DNA from: a virus
Reading direction: 5' to 3' (one strand)
Length of the DNA: 45,860 nt
Virus record (IMG/VR): IMGVR_UViG_3300027881_000001
Location: 1-45,860 of that record
The notes below the pieces were generated by a model. The model was not told the DNA's origin. It ran no database searches and saw nothing but the letters and a program-made list of their open reading frames with translations. A program made the translations under genes and the position numbers. Positions 30,542-39,545 of the stretch are shown one piece after another; the stretch's first letter is position 1, and every line of letters starts with the position of its first letter.

Positions 30542-32145
30542 AAATAATCAAAGAGCAGGAGCGCGAAGAACAGAGCGCCTCTAACTTCCGTAATTTATAT
30601 CAGGAAGTCGCCGACCAGATGCTCCCGCGCGAGAACCAGATAACCAATTTCCGCACACCCGGTGAGGATAAGTCGAAGGAAATTTACGACCCTACCGCTA
30701 TGTTGGATTTGCAGGATATGGTGTCAGGTCTGTCGGCTGCGTTCTTTCCTTCCGGCGAGCTTTCGTTTGGTTTTACTGTAAAAGACAGACGTATTGCGAA
30801 CCTGGACCATGTTAAGAGGTACCTTGCGCTTGCGTCCCAGATTACACACGATGAGCTTTTTGCGGCCAATTTCATGTTACAGTTAAACGAGACGCTTTCT
30901 TCTTTGATAGGATTTGGTACTGGGAATTTGTTTTCTGAATGGAATATGGGTCTCAACTTCAAGGACTGGGATATATCTTTTTATACAATAAAGCAAAACA
31001 GCGCCGGGCTTGTGGATACTGTTATATTAAAATACCCACTCACTGCAAGGCAGGCCGTTCAGGAGTTCGGAGACAAGGCGGGCGAAAAGATTAGGCTCGC
31101 TATGGAAAAACCTGAAACCCAGTCGAAGAAGTTTTTCTTCATTCATCGTATAGGGCCGAGGGCGAAAAGGAACCGCAAGTTTTCTGATTTTTTGAATATG
31201 CCGATTGAATCTATATATGTAAACGTAGAAGAGCAGTTGATAGTTGACGAGGGCGGGTTTGAGGAATTCCCAAACGCGGTGCCGAGATGGAAGAAATCCT
31301 CGAACGAAAAATACGGGAGGGGGCAGGGAACTATAGCCCTGTCGGTGTCCAAAGAGTTACAGCAGATGCACGCCGATTTTATCGAATGCGGCAACAAGTG
31401 GAACAACCCGCCGAGAGAGGTTCTTTCGTCCGCCGTTGAGGGCAGGGTCGATGTGAGGCCTGGCGCGGATAACCGGGTTACGCAGATGAACTCTATAAAA
31501 TCACTCGACGACGGCGTAAAGGGAAATTTCAATATAACCGAAAAGTCATTTGAGTTCATACAGAATATAATTCATAGAATATTCTTCGTTGATGTATTCG
31601 CTCCGCTTGCAAACCTGCCGGGCGACAGGCGCACTACTACCGAAATCAGGGAAAGAATAAAACAGGCGTCGAAGAAACTTGCCAGTCCTATTTACAGGCT
31701 CTACAGTGAATTATTCACACCTGTTATTACAAGAAGCGCATTACTTTTAATTAGAAACGGGGTCATACCATATCCGCCCCCGGAACTTGAAGGTGCCGGG
31801 TTCGGGGTCGAGTACATTGGCGAGCTTGCGCTTGCAATGCGAGACCAGCAGACACAGGCGTTCAGGCAATTTGCGGGGCTTGTAACGGAACTTGACGCGG
31901 TATTTCCCGGCGCGAAAGATATTATAAATATCGACCGCGCTCTTCCTGATATTGCGTTTACTTATGGTACAAAGGTCGAACACTTATCAACTAAAGACGA
32001 AATCGACGCACAGAGAGAAGCGAGAGCCGCGCTGCAAGAGGCCAGGTTTGCGTTAGAGGCCGCGCAGTCCGGCGGACAGGCGTATCAGAGCGCTACAAAA
32101 GCGCCGGAGCGAGGTTCTCCGGCAGAGGCTATAATGGGAGCGTAA
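30520..32145 (+). CDS. Portal (T7-like head-to-tail connector)
   Basis: 541 aa. N-terminal pattern ...FRNLYQEVADQMLPRE...EIYDPTAMLDLQDMVSGLSAAFFP typical of podovirus connectors. Position fits. Confidence 0.8.
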   Translation: MPDARAVEIIKEQEREEQSASNFRNLYQEVADQMLPRENQITNFRTPGEDKSKEIYDPTAMLDLQDMVSGLSAAFFPSGELSFGFTVKDRRIANLDHVKRYLALASQITHDELFAANFMLQLNETLSSLIGFGTGNLFSEWNMGLNFKDWDISFYTIKQNSAGLVDTVILKYPLTARQAVQEFGDKAGEKIRLAMEKPETQSKKFFFIHRIGPRAKRNRKFSDFLNMPIESIYVNVEEQLIVDEGGFEEFPNAVPRWKKSSNEKYGRGQGTIALSVSKELQQMHADFIECGNKWNNPPREVLSSAVEGRVDVRPGADNRVTQMNSIKSLDDGVKGNFNITEKSFEFIQNIIHRIFFVDVFAPLANLPGDRRTTTEIRERIKQASKKLASPIYRLYSELFTPVITRSALLLIRNGVIPYPPPELEGAGFGVEYIGELALAMRDQQTQAFRQFAGLVTELDAVFPGAKDIINIDRALPDIAFTYGTKVEHLSTKDEIDAQREARAALQEARFALEAAQSGGQAYQSATKAPERGSPAEAIMGA

Positions 32146-32146
32146 C

Positions 32147-32368
32147 ATGAAGTGGATAAAAAAAGTTTTGGACACTGGCGCAAAATTGTATTTCGAACAC
32201 AACGAAAACGATGATTTAGTACTGGGTTGCGAGAAAGAAATAAAAGGCAAAAGATATGCTATTGGCGAAGTAATAGAATCTATGGATGACTTGTGCGGAA
32301 AAAGATGTGAAGCTATATGCCAAAACCTCTTATTTTCTATGATGAGAGCAGAAAAAAGGAACCGATGA
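32147..32368 (+). CDS. Hypothetical protein
   Basis: ORF within the operon. Confidence 0.4.
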   Translation: MKWIKKVLDTGAKLYFEHNENDDLVLGCEKEIKGKRYAIGEVIESMDDLCGKRCEAICQNLLFSMMRAEKRNR

Positions 32369-32592
32369 ATGAAGAAAAAAAGATAGCGGCCTATAAGGCC
32401 ATTTTCCCGACCGAGCACGGCAAGGTTATTCTTGACGACCTCTCTTTCTTTTGTCTGGAAGACAGGGATATATTCGATACTAAATGTTCGAGAAAAACAG
32501 ATTTTAATCTCGGTGCAAATTCGGTTATAAGACATATTCGTTATATGTTGAAACGTAAAACAGAACAGGAACAAAGAACAGTAATCAATTAG
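32365..32592 (+). CDS. Hypothetical protein
   Basis: Refined start MNEEKKIAAYK (ATGA at 32365). Confidence 0.45.
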   Translation: MNEEKKIAAYKAIFPTEHGKVILDDLSFFCLEDRDIFDTKCSRKTDFNLGANSVIRHIRYMLKRKTEQEQRTVIN

Positions 32593-32601
32593 GAGAGTCT
32601 C

Positions 32602-33465
32602 ATGGTAGAAGCGTCTGAAGCACAGGCAGCGGACTCCGGTTCGTCTGAAGCACAGGTAGCGCAAACTTTTATTGACGATGGCGGTAAGTTTTTGCCGGGC
32701 TGGAAAGAGCATTATGTCCCGGAAGCGCTTAGGTCCGACGAGGTATATGGTACCTTCGGCGATGTCGGTGGCGCCCTTACAATGCTCGGAAATCTTCAGG
32801 GTATGATAGGGAAAAAGGGCGTTATAAAGCCGGGCGAAGCGTCCCCGCCTTCCGAATGGGACAATTTCCACAGGGAAATGGGCAGGCCGGACACAAAAGA
32901 CCTTTACAATATAAAGGCGCCGGATGATTTGGCCGAGGTGTATGACAAAAATGTAATGGCAAAAGCGCGGGACGTTTTCTTCGGCCTTGGCCTCGACCAG
33001 AAAAAGGTTGATGCCTTAATGGCGCTTGAGGAAGAGCGCACAAGGGCCGGATTAGCGGCGGTGGAAGCCCAAAAACTTGAAGCGGATAACACTTTTAAGG
33101 AATGGGGCGTAACCAACCCGGACAAAATGCACTGGGCCAATCGCATGATAGCCGAAAACTGCAATGACGATGACCACAAGACCGCATTACTTGAAGCGCT
33201 TGACAATAATACCGCCTTTGCGGAACTGTTGTTTAATGTGTCTGCGAAATTCAAGGAACATAAAGTTATCTCAGACACAGAGCAGCCAATCGGGATGTCC
33301 CCGGGTGATGCTTTGGCTGAAGCGAAAAAGGTTGAAAGTACGCCCGGATTTATACTGCCCGATGATAAGGGCCAGTTTATGAGGGACGTGAATCGGCCTG
33401 AATATGAAAGACTTGAAAAAGAGAGGACTAAATATTACCAGTTAGCAAATGTGAAACCTGGGTAG
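32602..33465 (+). CDS. Scaffolding protein (putative)
   Basis: Acidic, helical, between the portal and capsid genes. Confidence 0.55.
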   Translation: MVEASEAQAADSGSSEAQVAQTFIDDGGKFLPGWKEHYVPEALRSDEVYGTFGDVGGALTMLGNLQGMIGKKGVIKPGEASPPSEWDNFHREMGRPDTKDLYNIKAPDDLAEVYDKNVMAKARDVFFGLGLDQKKVDALMALEEERTRAGLAAVEAQKLEADNTFKEWGVTNPDKMHWANRMIAENCNDDDHKTALLEALDNNTAFAELLFNVSAKFKEHKVISDTEQPIGMSPGDALAEAKKVESTPGFILPDDKGQFMRDVNRPEYERLEKERTKYYQLANVKPG

Positions 33466-33588
33466 CGCGTAAGTGTCCAGAGGTCGTCGCACCTAAACGA
33501 CCGCCCATCAGGCGCAAAATGAAGGCATGGTCGTCTCTGTTGACGGTAGCTTGGCCGAACAGCATGATAACTTGTTAAGGAGAATGTT

Positions 33589-34512
33589 ATGGCTGTTACC
33601 ATAGACCAGGTAACTTCCCAGAAGTTCGCTTCTGTGTTGTATCTACTCTCCCAGCAACAGGGTTCTAAAATGGCATCGAGGGTACGGAACGAATCTGTTC
33701 AAAGTGCCGAACTTGCGTATTTTGACACCCTTGCGGAAGACGACGATACTACACAGAAGACTGGCAGGCATCAGGGCACCTCTATTTCCGAGGCCGAGTT
33801 CGGCAGGAGAAGGGTAATACCTTATCCGTGGACGAACAAGAAGGCTTTGGATAAGGAAGACCTTGATAGAATGCTGCCAGACCCACGCAGTCCCGTAGCG
33901 ATGAACCAGGTCAGGTCGCTCGGGCGCAAAAAGGATGACCTGTTAATTACAGCGGCTTTGGGCAGCGCTTCTATCGGTAAGGCCGGTGGGAGTTCTGTTG
34001 ATTTTAAGGACGAGTCCGTGTCAATCAATGGCGACGGTACTGTAACTACTTTGGGCACACTTGCCGCGGTAGCGACTGTTGCCGATATATCTCTTGAGAA
34101 GATTCTGCTTATGATGAGGATATTCAATCAGGAAGATGTTGACCCTGACATTCCTAAACATTGGATGGTTACACCGAAGGCAATCGAAGACATGCTCAAC
34201 ATCACAGAATTGACCAGCTCGGATTATAACACTCTGAAGGCTTTGCAGAGAGGCAACTTTGAGGAAACTTTCGCCGGATTCAATTTCTTCTGGAGTAACA
34301 GGGTTACAAAAGACGCTGCTACTGAAACTGCTTATCGTTCAATCGCATGGGCGCAGGATGGATTAATCCTGGCCTCCATTGGCGACATTTCCACTCGAAT
34401 AGAAGAGGCTGAAAGACTCGATTACGCATGGGTACTCTTCTCGAAGATGGATTTGGGCGCCGTCAGAATGGAAGGCGTAAAAGTCCATGAATGCCTCAAT
34501 CAAGTGGCTTAA
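33589..34512 (+). CDS. Major capsid protein
   Basis: AAGGAG RBS. 307 aa. Position and T7 gp10-like N-terminal pattern. Confidence 0.8.
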   Translation: MAVTIDQVTSQKFASVLYLLSQQQGSKMASRVRNESVQSAELAYFDTLAEDDDTTQKTGRHQGTSISEAEFGRRRVIPYPWTNKKALDKEDLDRMLPDPRSPVAMNQVRSLGRKKDDLLITAALGSASIGKAGGSSVDFKDESVSINGDGTVTTLGTLAAVATVADISLEKILLMMRIFNQEDVDPDIPKHWMVTPKAIEDMLNITELTSSDYNTLKALQRGNFEETFAGFNFFWSNRVTKDAATETAYRSIAWAQDGLILASIGDISTRIEEAERLDYAWVLFSKMDLGAVRMEGVKVHECLNQVA

Positions 34513-34523
34513 AGGAGACTCTT

Positions 34524-35345
34524 ATGAGTACAGGATTTCAATTTAATAAAGGGCCTCTTTCTGATGGAGCTATGCCGAGGGACTGGGCACAATCTACCCA
34601 TGAATTCGGCATCCATGCGAGCGAGACCACGCAGAGGTTTGTATACGGAACTCGTTACGTTACATGGGATGGTAAGGTATGGAGATATTCTTTATCTACT
34701 GGTGCTTGTTATACTGAAAGAGGGAATTACTTCGCTAATACAATTTCCAGTGACGCTAACGGTATCGACTATTCCGTGCTTACCAACAACCAGTCCATAG
34801 GCGACAGGGAAGTAACTCTCACTAATGGTTCTACGGCGGTGGCGGAAGATTACTTTGCTGGTGGTCTTGTCGTTATTATCCCGACGGAAACCGTTACTGA
34901 TGGTCAAGTAATGCATCGGGGCATTATCGGCAATACTGCCGCTATTGCCACAACTGGCGAATGCACTTTGTACCTCGACTATCCAATAGATAGAGCGGTT
35001 ACAACTTCCAACTATGCTTATGCGATGCCATCCGGTTTTTCCAATCTTCTCTATGGAAATACTGGCGGCACAAAGTCTATTGCTGGTTTGGCCGGAGCGT
35101 ATGTTACTGCTTCTGGTTACAATTTCTGGTGCCAAACCCACGGCGCTTGCCAGATTACGAATGGTGGCTCAAGTGAGTGTGGCAAAACAACGTATTACAG
35201 AGGTTGTTGGTGGAGACATGATGGCACCATTGACATTTTTACCAACATAGGAACCTATGTTACAGACCAATTGGCCGGATTTGTTATTGACAATAACGCA
35301 GACGCTAATGGCGCAACTAACATCATGATGACCAACGGCTATTAA
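34524..35345 (+). CDS. Structural protein downstream of the capsid gene (head decoration/minor capsid candidate)
   Basis: Refined start MSTGFQFNKG (AAAGGAG RBS). Followed by a strong terminator. Confidence 0.5.
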   Translation: MSTGFQFNKGPLSDGAMPRDWAQSTHEFGIHASETTQRFVYGTRYVTWDGKVWRYSLSTGACYTERGNYFANTISSDANGIDYSVLTNNQSIGDREVTLTNGSTAVAEDYFAGGLVVIIPTETVTDGQVMHRGIIGNTAAIATTGECTLYLDYPIDRAVTTSNYAYAMPSGFSNLLYGNTGGTKSIAGLAGAYVTASGYNFWCQTHGACQITNGGSSECGKTTYYRGCWWRHDGTIDIFTNIGTYVTDQLAGFVIDNNADANGATNIMMTNGY

Positions 35346-35353
35346 GAGGTTAT

Positions 35354-35384
35354 GGGGCAGGGGTAACACCCTGCTCCTATTTTT
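35354..35384 (+). terminator. Rho-independent terminator after the capsid module
   Basis: GGGGCAGGG-gtaaca-CCCTGCTCC followed by TATTTTT. Confidence 0.7.
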
Positions 35385-35411
35385 AGAAATAAATCATAGC
35401 GAAAGAAAAAA

Positions 35412-35600
35412 ATGATAGGCAAGATATTTAGTCCGAATCCTCAGTGCCCGAAATGTGCGTCTTATATGTTCATGCCGCGCAGGATTGGCGGACATAGATG
35501 TTATGTGTGCAGGAATTGTGGAAAGATAAAGTACGAAGAATCTTTTTTTAAGAGATTGAAATGCAGATTATCAACCGTGCGGAAACAGGCGGCGAATTAG
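35412..35600 (+). CDS. Zinc-ribbon small protein
   Basis: CPKC...CYVCRNCGK. Its 5' end contains TAGGCAAGATATTTA, a near-copy of the intergenic motif. Confidence 0.4.
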   Translation: MIGKIFSPNPQCPKCASYMFMPRRIGGHRCYVCRNCGKIKYEESFFKRLKCRLSTVRKQAAN

Positions 35601-35776
35601 TGCCTTTTAATGCGAATGAATCAGATATTAAGGCTGAAGTGGACCGCAGAACGGCCAAAGCAGGTTATACGACCGGGAATGGTGAATGTCCGTGCCGTAC
35701 TAAGATTATGAATAACGGTTTTGGCGAATCGAAACTAAATGTATGGCCGAGAGACAAAGCCGGCAATTTGATTTAA
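35561..35776 (+). CDS. Hypothetical protein
   Basis: ORF overlapping the upstream ORF by 40 nt. Confidence 0.4.
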   Translation: MQIINRAETGGELVPFNANESDIKAEVDRRTAKAGYTTGNGECPCRTKIMNNGFGESKLNVWPRDKAGNLI

Positions 35777-35785
35777 GGGGTTGTC

Positions 35786-35977
35786 ATGCCTGAAATAGAA
35801 GAGGAATGTGTTTTTTATACCCGCGCAGACCAGGTGCAGTTTAGGACATCGACTAATGGCGACCATCTGGTTATTAAAGGGTTTCGTTTGACTCAGGGAC
35901 AGGCCGCTACGCTTGCATGGCTAATCAACGAGGACGACAGTGCCCAGTTGGAATTTCAGATTAAGGTAAAAGAATGA
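35786..35977 (+). CDS. Hypothetical protein
   Basis: ORF within the operon. Confidence 0.45.
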   Translation: MPEIEEECVFYTRADQVQFRTSTNGDHLVIKGFRLTQGQAATLAWLINEDDSAQLEFQIKVKE

Positions 35978-36588
35978 ACAGTGTAACCTCAATATGCAAT
36001 ATGGCGCTTAGCGTAGTCGGCGCAAAGAGGATAAATGATTATAATACGGGTACTTCTTTGGGCGCAATACAGTGCAGACTCTTTTACGAACCGGCAAGAG
36101 ACGCCCTGTTAAGGTCTTACTGGTGGGGCTTTGCTTCCGACCGCGCGACGCTGTCGCAGGACACAAACGACCCCGATTTTGAGTGGGACAATCAGTTTAT
36201 TCTTCCGAGTGATTTTCTCAGGTTGAAATCTGTTTATGAGGAAGTCGGTTATAATTCACGAAGCAGCAGGCACGCTATTGAAGGGCAGAGGATTTTAACG
36301 AACGAATCAACACAAAACATCAGATATATCAAAAGAGTTACTGATGTTACAAAATTCGACCCGCTGTTCGTTAAGGTACTCGTTTTCCTGCTTGCGGATG
36401 ATTTCGTCGGGCCGCTTGCGGGTGGTGATAAAAGGATACAGGAAAAGATAGACAGGAAGCTCGCGAAGTTAATGCTGAAGGTTAGTGCGGTTAATGATAA
36501 TGAAACCGATACCGGTGGTAGAAGCGATTGGAATCTCGCGCGCCACGGCGGGCTTGGAGTGGCGGGCGAAGACGAAAGATACTGGTAA
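35974..36588 (+). CDS. Tail tubular protein A / adaptor (T7 gp11-like)
   Basis: ICNMALSVVGAKRINDY...CRLFYEPARDALLRSYWWGFA pattern. Position fits. Confidence 0.6.
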   Translation: MNSVTSICNMALSVVGAKRINDYNTGTSLGAIQCRLFYEPARDALLRSYWWGFASDRATLSQDTNDPDFEWDNQFILPSDFLRLKSVYEEVGYNSRSSRHAIEGQRILTNESTQNIRYIKRVTDVTKFDPLFVKVLVFLLADDFVGPLAGGDKRIQEKIDRKLAKLMLKVSAVNDNETDTGGRSDWNLARHGGLGVAGEDERYW

Positions 36589-37034
36589 TGGCGCATGAAA
36601 TAAGATTTGGCTATGCCCTTGATAAGACTCTCTGGGCCGCGGTTTTTAAGAACGACGGCGGTACGTTCAAGGTAAATATAACCGGAGGCGATACATGGGA
36701 GGCATGGGCCGACGCCAATATTGCAACTTACGACATATCTTTATCGGAAGGCGCGGGCGGCGGGACATATACAGCGACATTCCCGGTCATTGCGGCTGGT
36801 ATTTATCATGTAACCGTCTATGAAGGTTCGGTTGCGGCAACTGACCCGCCGGTTGGTCATGGCGAGATGGATTGGGACGGCACCGCCGAAGTGAATAATA
36901 CCGCCATTAAAACTTATATACTTTCAGATGTTATAGGTGATGACGGTGATACACTTGAGGTCCTGTCCGACCAGATGGACGCCCTGTCCGCCTCAAGTAC
37001 GGCAACGCTTAACGTGTACGGAGAGGGAGAATGA
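36588..37034 (+). CDS. Hypothetical structural protein
   Basis: Refined start MAHEIRFGYALDK (overlaps the upstream TAA). Confidence 0.5.
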   Translation: MAHEIRFGYALDKTLWAAVFKNDGGTFKVNITGGDTWEAWADANIATYDISLSEGAGGGTYTATFPVIAAGIYHVTVYEGSVAATDPPVGHGEMDWDGTAEVNNTAIKTYILSDVIGDDGDTLEVLSDQMDALSASSTATLNVYGEGE

Positions 37035-39544
37035 ACTATCCTATAATATCGCTTAACGCGGGCAAGTTGACGCCGTTAATAGATGCGCGGACCGATACGG
37101 AGAAGTATTCTTCCGGCTGTAGAATCCTCCAGAACATGATACCGCGTATTTACGGGCCGGTAGAAAGACGACCGGGCACTCTCTACAGGGCGGGGTGTAG
37201 TGATAATGATGTAAAATCAAGAGTTGTTTCATTTATCTATTCAGCAACAATCGCTTATGTCCTTGAATTTTCAGACCAGATTATCAACGTTTATTATAAC
37301 GGCTCTATCGTAGATGCCGATATAGTTTCCCCGTATCTTGAGGCGGACCTTTTTCAGTTACAGTTTAAGCAGTCCGCGGACGTGATGTGGATTACACATC
37401 CTTCTTATAATCCGAGAAAACTTTCAAGGGTGTCTGCATCTGAGTTTTCGCTTGATAAGATTGTATTCGAGACCGGCCCTTTTATAGAACGGAACGATAT
37501 AGCCAACGACGACGACGTTACTATCGCCGTTACCGGATATACTGTAGCAACCGCCACGGCTGGCGCGGCGGGTGTTGGTAACTTTACAATGACAAGCGCG
37601 ACAGATATATCAAGCCTGTTTCCCGCGAATAAAAGATTTTATATTACAAATTCAACCGGGAACGACGGCGCTTATACGGTTCACGCGGATACCGCCACTG
37701 ATTATACCGGTACGACTTTAACGATATATGCAAACGAGGCGATAGCCGACGGCACCAACGACGGCCAAATAATGGTAAGCGGCGGGGTCGTAACGCTTAC
37801 CGCATCTTCTGCAACGTTTACTACAGGAACGTCCGGGCATACAGATTCGTTATTTAAACTTACTCATAAAAGGGAGCAGACGGTTACAAAAGGTTCTGCT
37901 GTGGCCACTGGGGTTATAGGTGAGGCGATAGATGTTAAGGGCAGCTGGTCATTCACTACTCACGGCAACTGGGAGGCGACCGTTGAAATACAGCGGATGG
38001 AAGATGGGACCAATTGGGAGACGTTCAGGACATATACTTCGGTAATAACCGGAGGGGTAAGTTCGAGGAATATACAAAAATCCGATACGGAAGAGGCTGA
38101 TGGCGTTCAATACAGAATAAACTGTACCTCATATACAAGTGATAGAGTTCACGCGGATTTTGTAGTAGATGAGAGTACTCAGGATAGTGTTTTCAAGATA
38201 ACCGCGGTAGCGTCAACTACGTCCGCCACAGCAACCGCAATAATCCCGGCAAATGAACATGACGCCACAAAGCGGTGGGCCGAAGGCGCATGGTCTAATG
38301 TAAGGGGTTGGCCGTCTTCTATTACGTTTTTTGAAGAAAGGGCGGTTTACGGGTTCACTAACTCTGACCCGCAGGATATTTATCTTAGTAGGTCAGGTGA
38401 TTTTGAAAACTTCTCCGCGGGCATTCTCGATGATTCGGCGTTTACACTAACCCTGCCTACCGCAAACAGGGGTAGATGGCTCGGCTCGCTTGAAGTGCTG
38501 GCGGCTGGTACTACGGGCGGAGAATGGCGGATACGGTCGTCGGCACTCGATGAGCCGCTCACTCCGACTAATTGGAGCATGAAAGAACAGACAACATCCG
38601 GCAGCGCGGATATTCAGGCGATGGAAGTTAATGAGGCGATTATATTTGTAGATTACGTTGCTCGAAAGGTAAGAGAATTTACATGGTCAGACCAGAAACA
38701 GAAATACGTTTCACCGGACCTTACCGCTCTTGCGGAAAGCATAACATCCGGTGGTATAACAAGTATGGCCTTTCAGAAGAATCCCGATTCTATTCTGTGG
38801 TTTACAATATCTGACAGCCCGTATTTAATATCAATGACGTATGAGCGCGAACAGAATGTAGTTGCGTTTGCAGACCATCCGCTTGGCGGGAATGGTATTG
38901 CGGAGTCGGTATGTGTAACTCCAAGCACTGACGAGGATGTAATTACCCTGACCGACCAAAGAACAATAGACGGCTCTACTGTAAGATATATCGAAGAGAT
39001 GCAGCCGAGAGATTTTGGTTCTACAACAGACGCTACTGACGCTTTTTTTGTTGACTGCGGAATAATAGACGAGGGCGGAGACGTTACCGTAGAAGTGGCG
39101 CATCTTGAAGGGGAGACTGTGTTAGTTCTCGGCGACGGCGCGGTGCAAACATCGAAGACTGTATCTAACGGTGTGATAACAATTGATAAGGCGGTTGACA
39201 AGGCGATAGTTGGGCTGTCGAGTACATACCAGGTGTCTCCAATGAGGATGGACTTTAACACGCCCGCAGGGACTACTCAGGGAAGTATCAAAAAAACTTC
39301 AGAAATGGTGATAAGTTTCCATGCAACAGGCGGCGCGCAATATGGAGACGATACTGATACTTACGATATAGACTGGCGAACTACCGAAGATTACGACTCT
39401 CCATACGAATTGTTTACAGGAGACAAAACCGTTGTATTTGACGGCGGGTTCAGTACAGAAGACAATATAATAATTTCCGGTTCCGGCCCGTTGCCGTGTA
39501 CGGTTCGGGCAATAATCCCAAGAATAGAAAAGACAGGAAGATAA
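37031..39544 (+). CDS. Tail tubular protein B / nozzle (T7 gp12-like)
   Basis: 837 aa. N-terminus ...LNAGKLTPLIDARTDTEKYSSGCRILQNMIPRIYGPVERRPGT. Position fits. Confidence 0.65.
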   Translation: MNYPIISLNAGKLTPLIDARTDTEKYSSGCRILQNMIPRIYGPVERRPGTLYRAGCSDNDVKSRVVSFIYSATIAYVLEFSDQIINVYYNGSIVDADIVSPYLEADLFQLQFKQSADVMWITHPSYNPRKLSRVSASEFSLDKIVFETGPFIERNDIANDDDVTIAVTGYTVATATAGAAGVGNFTMTSATDISSLFPANKRFYITNSTGNDGAYTVHADTATDYTGTTLTIYANEAIADGTNDGQIMVSGGVVTLTASSATFTTGTSGHTDSLFKLTHKREQTVTKGSAVATGVIGEAIDVKGSWSFTTHGNWEATVEIQRMEDGTNWETFRTYTSVITGGVSSRNIQKSDTEEADGVQYRINCTSYTSDRVHADFVVDESTQDSVFKITAVASTTSATATAIIPANEHDATKRWAEGAWSNVRGWPSSITFFEERAVYGFTNSDPQDIYLSRSGDFENFSAGILDDSAFTLTLPTANRGRWLGSLEVLAAGTTGGEWRIRSSALDEPLTPTNWSMKEQTTSGSADIQAMEVNEAIIFVDYVARKVREFTWSDQKQKYVSPDLTALAESITSGGITSMAFQKNPDSILWFTISDSPYLISMTYEREQNVVAFADHPLGGNGIAESVCVTPSTDEDVITLTDQRTIDGSTVRYIEEMQPRDFGSTTDATDAFFVDCGIIDEGGDVTVEVAHLEGETVLVLGDGAVQTSKTVSNGVITIDKAVDKAIVGLSSTYQVSPMRMDFNTPAGTTQGSIKKTSEMVISFHATGGAQYGDDTDTYDIDWRTTEDYDSPYELFTGDKTVVFDGGFSTEDNIIISGSGPLPCTVRAIIPRIEKTGR

Positions 39545-39545
39545 A

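Noticed and set aside
32053-32871. 272-aa ORF on the - strand overlapping the portal end, two small genes and the scaffold start
   Set aside because: The product is rich in Phe/Leu/Ser/Arg/Cys and has no recognisable motif. It runs against a densely coupled + strand structural operon and is probably an artefact of purine-rich sense codons.
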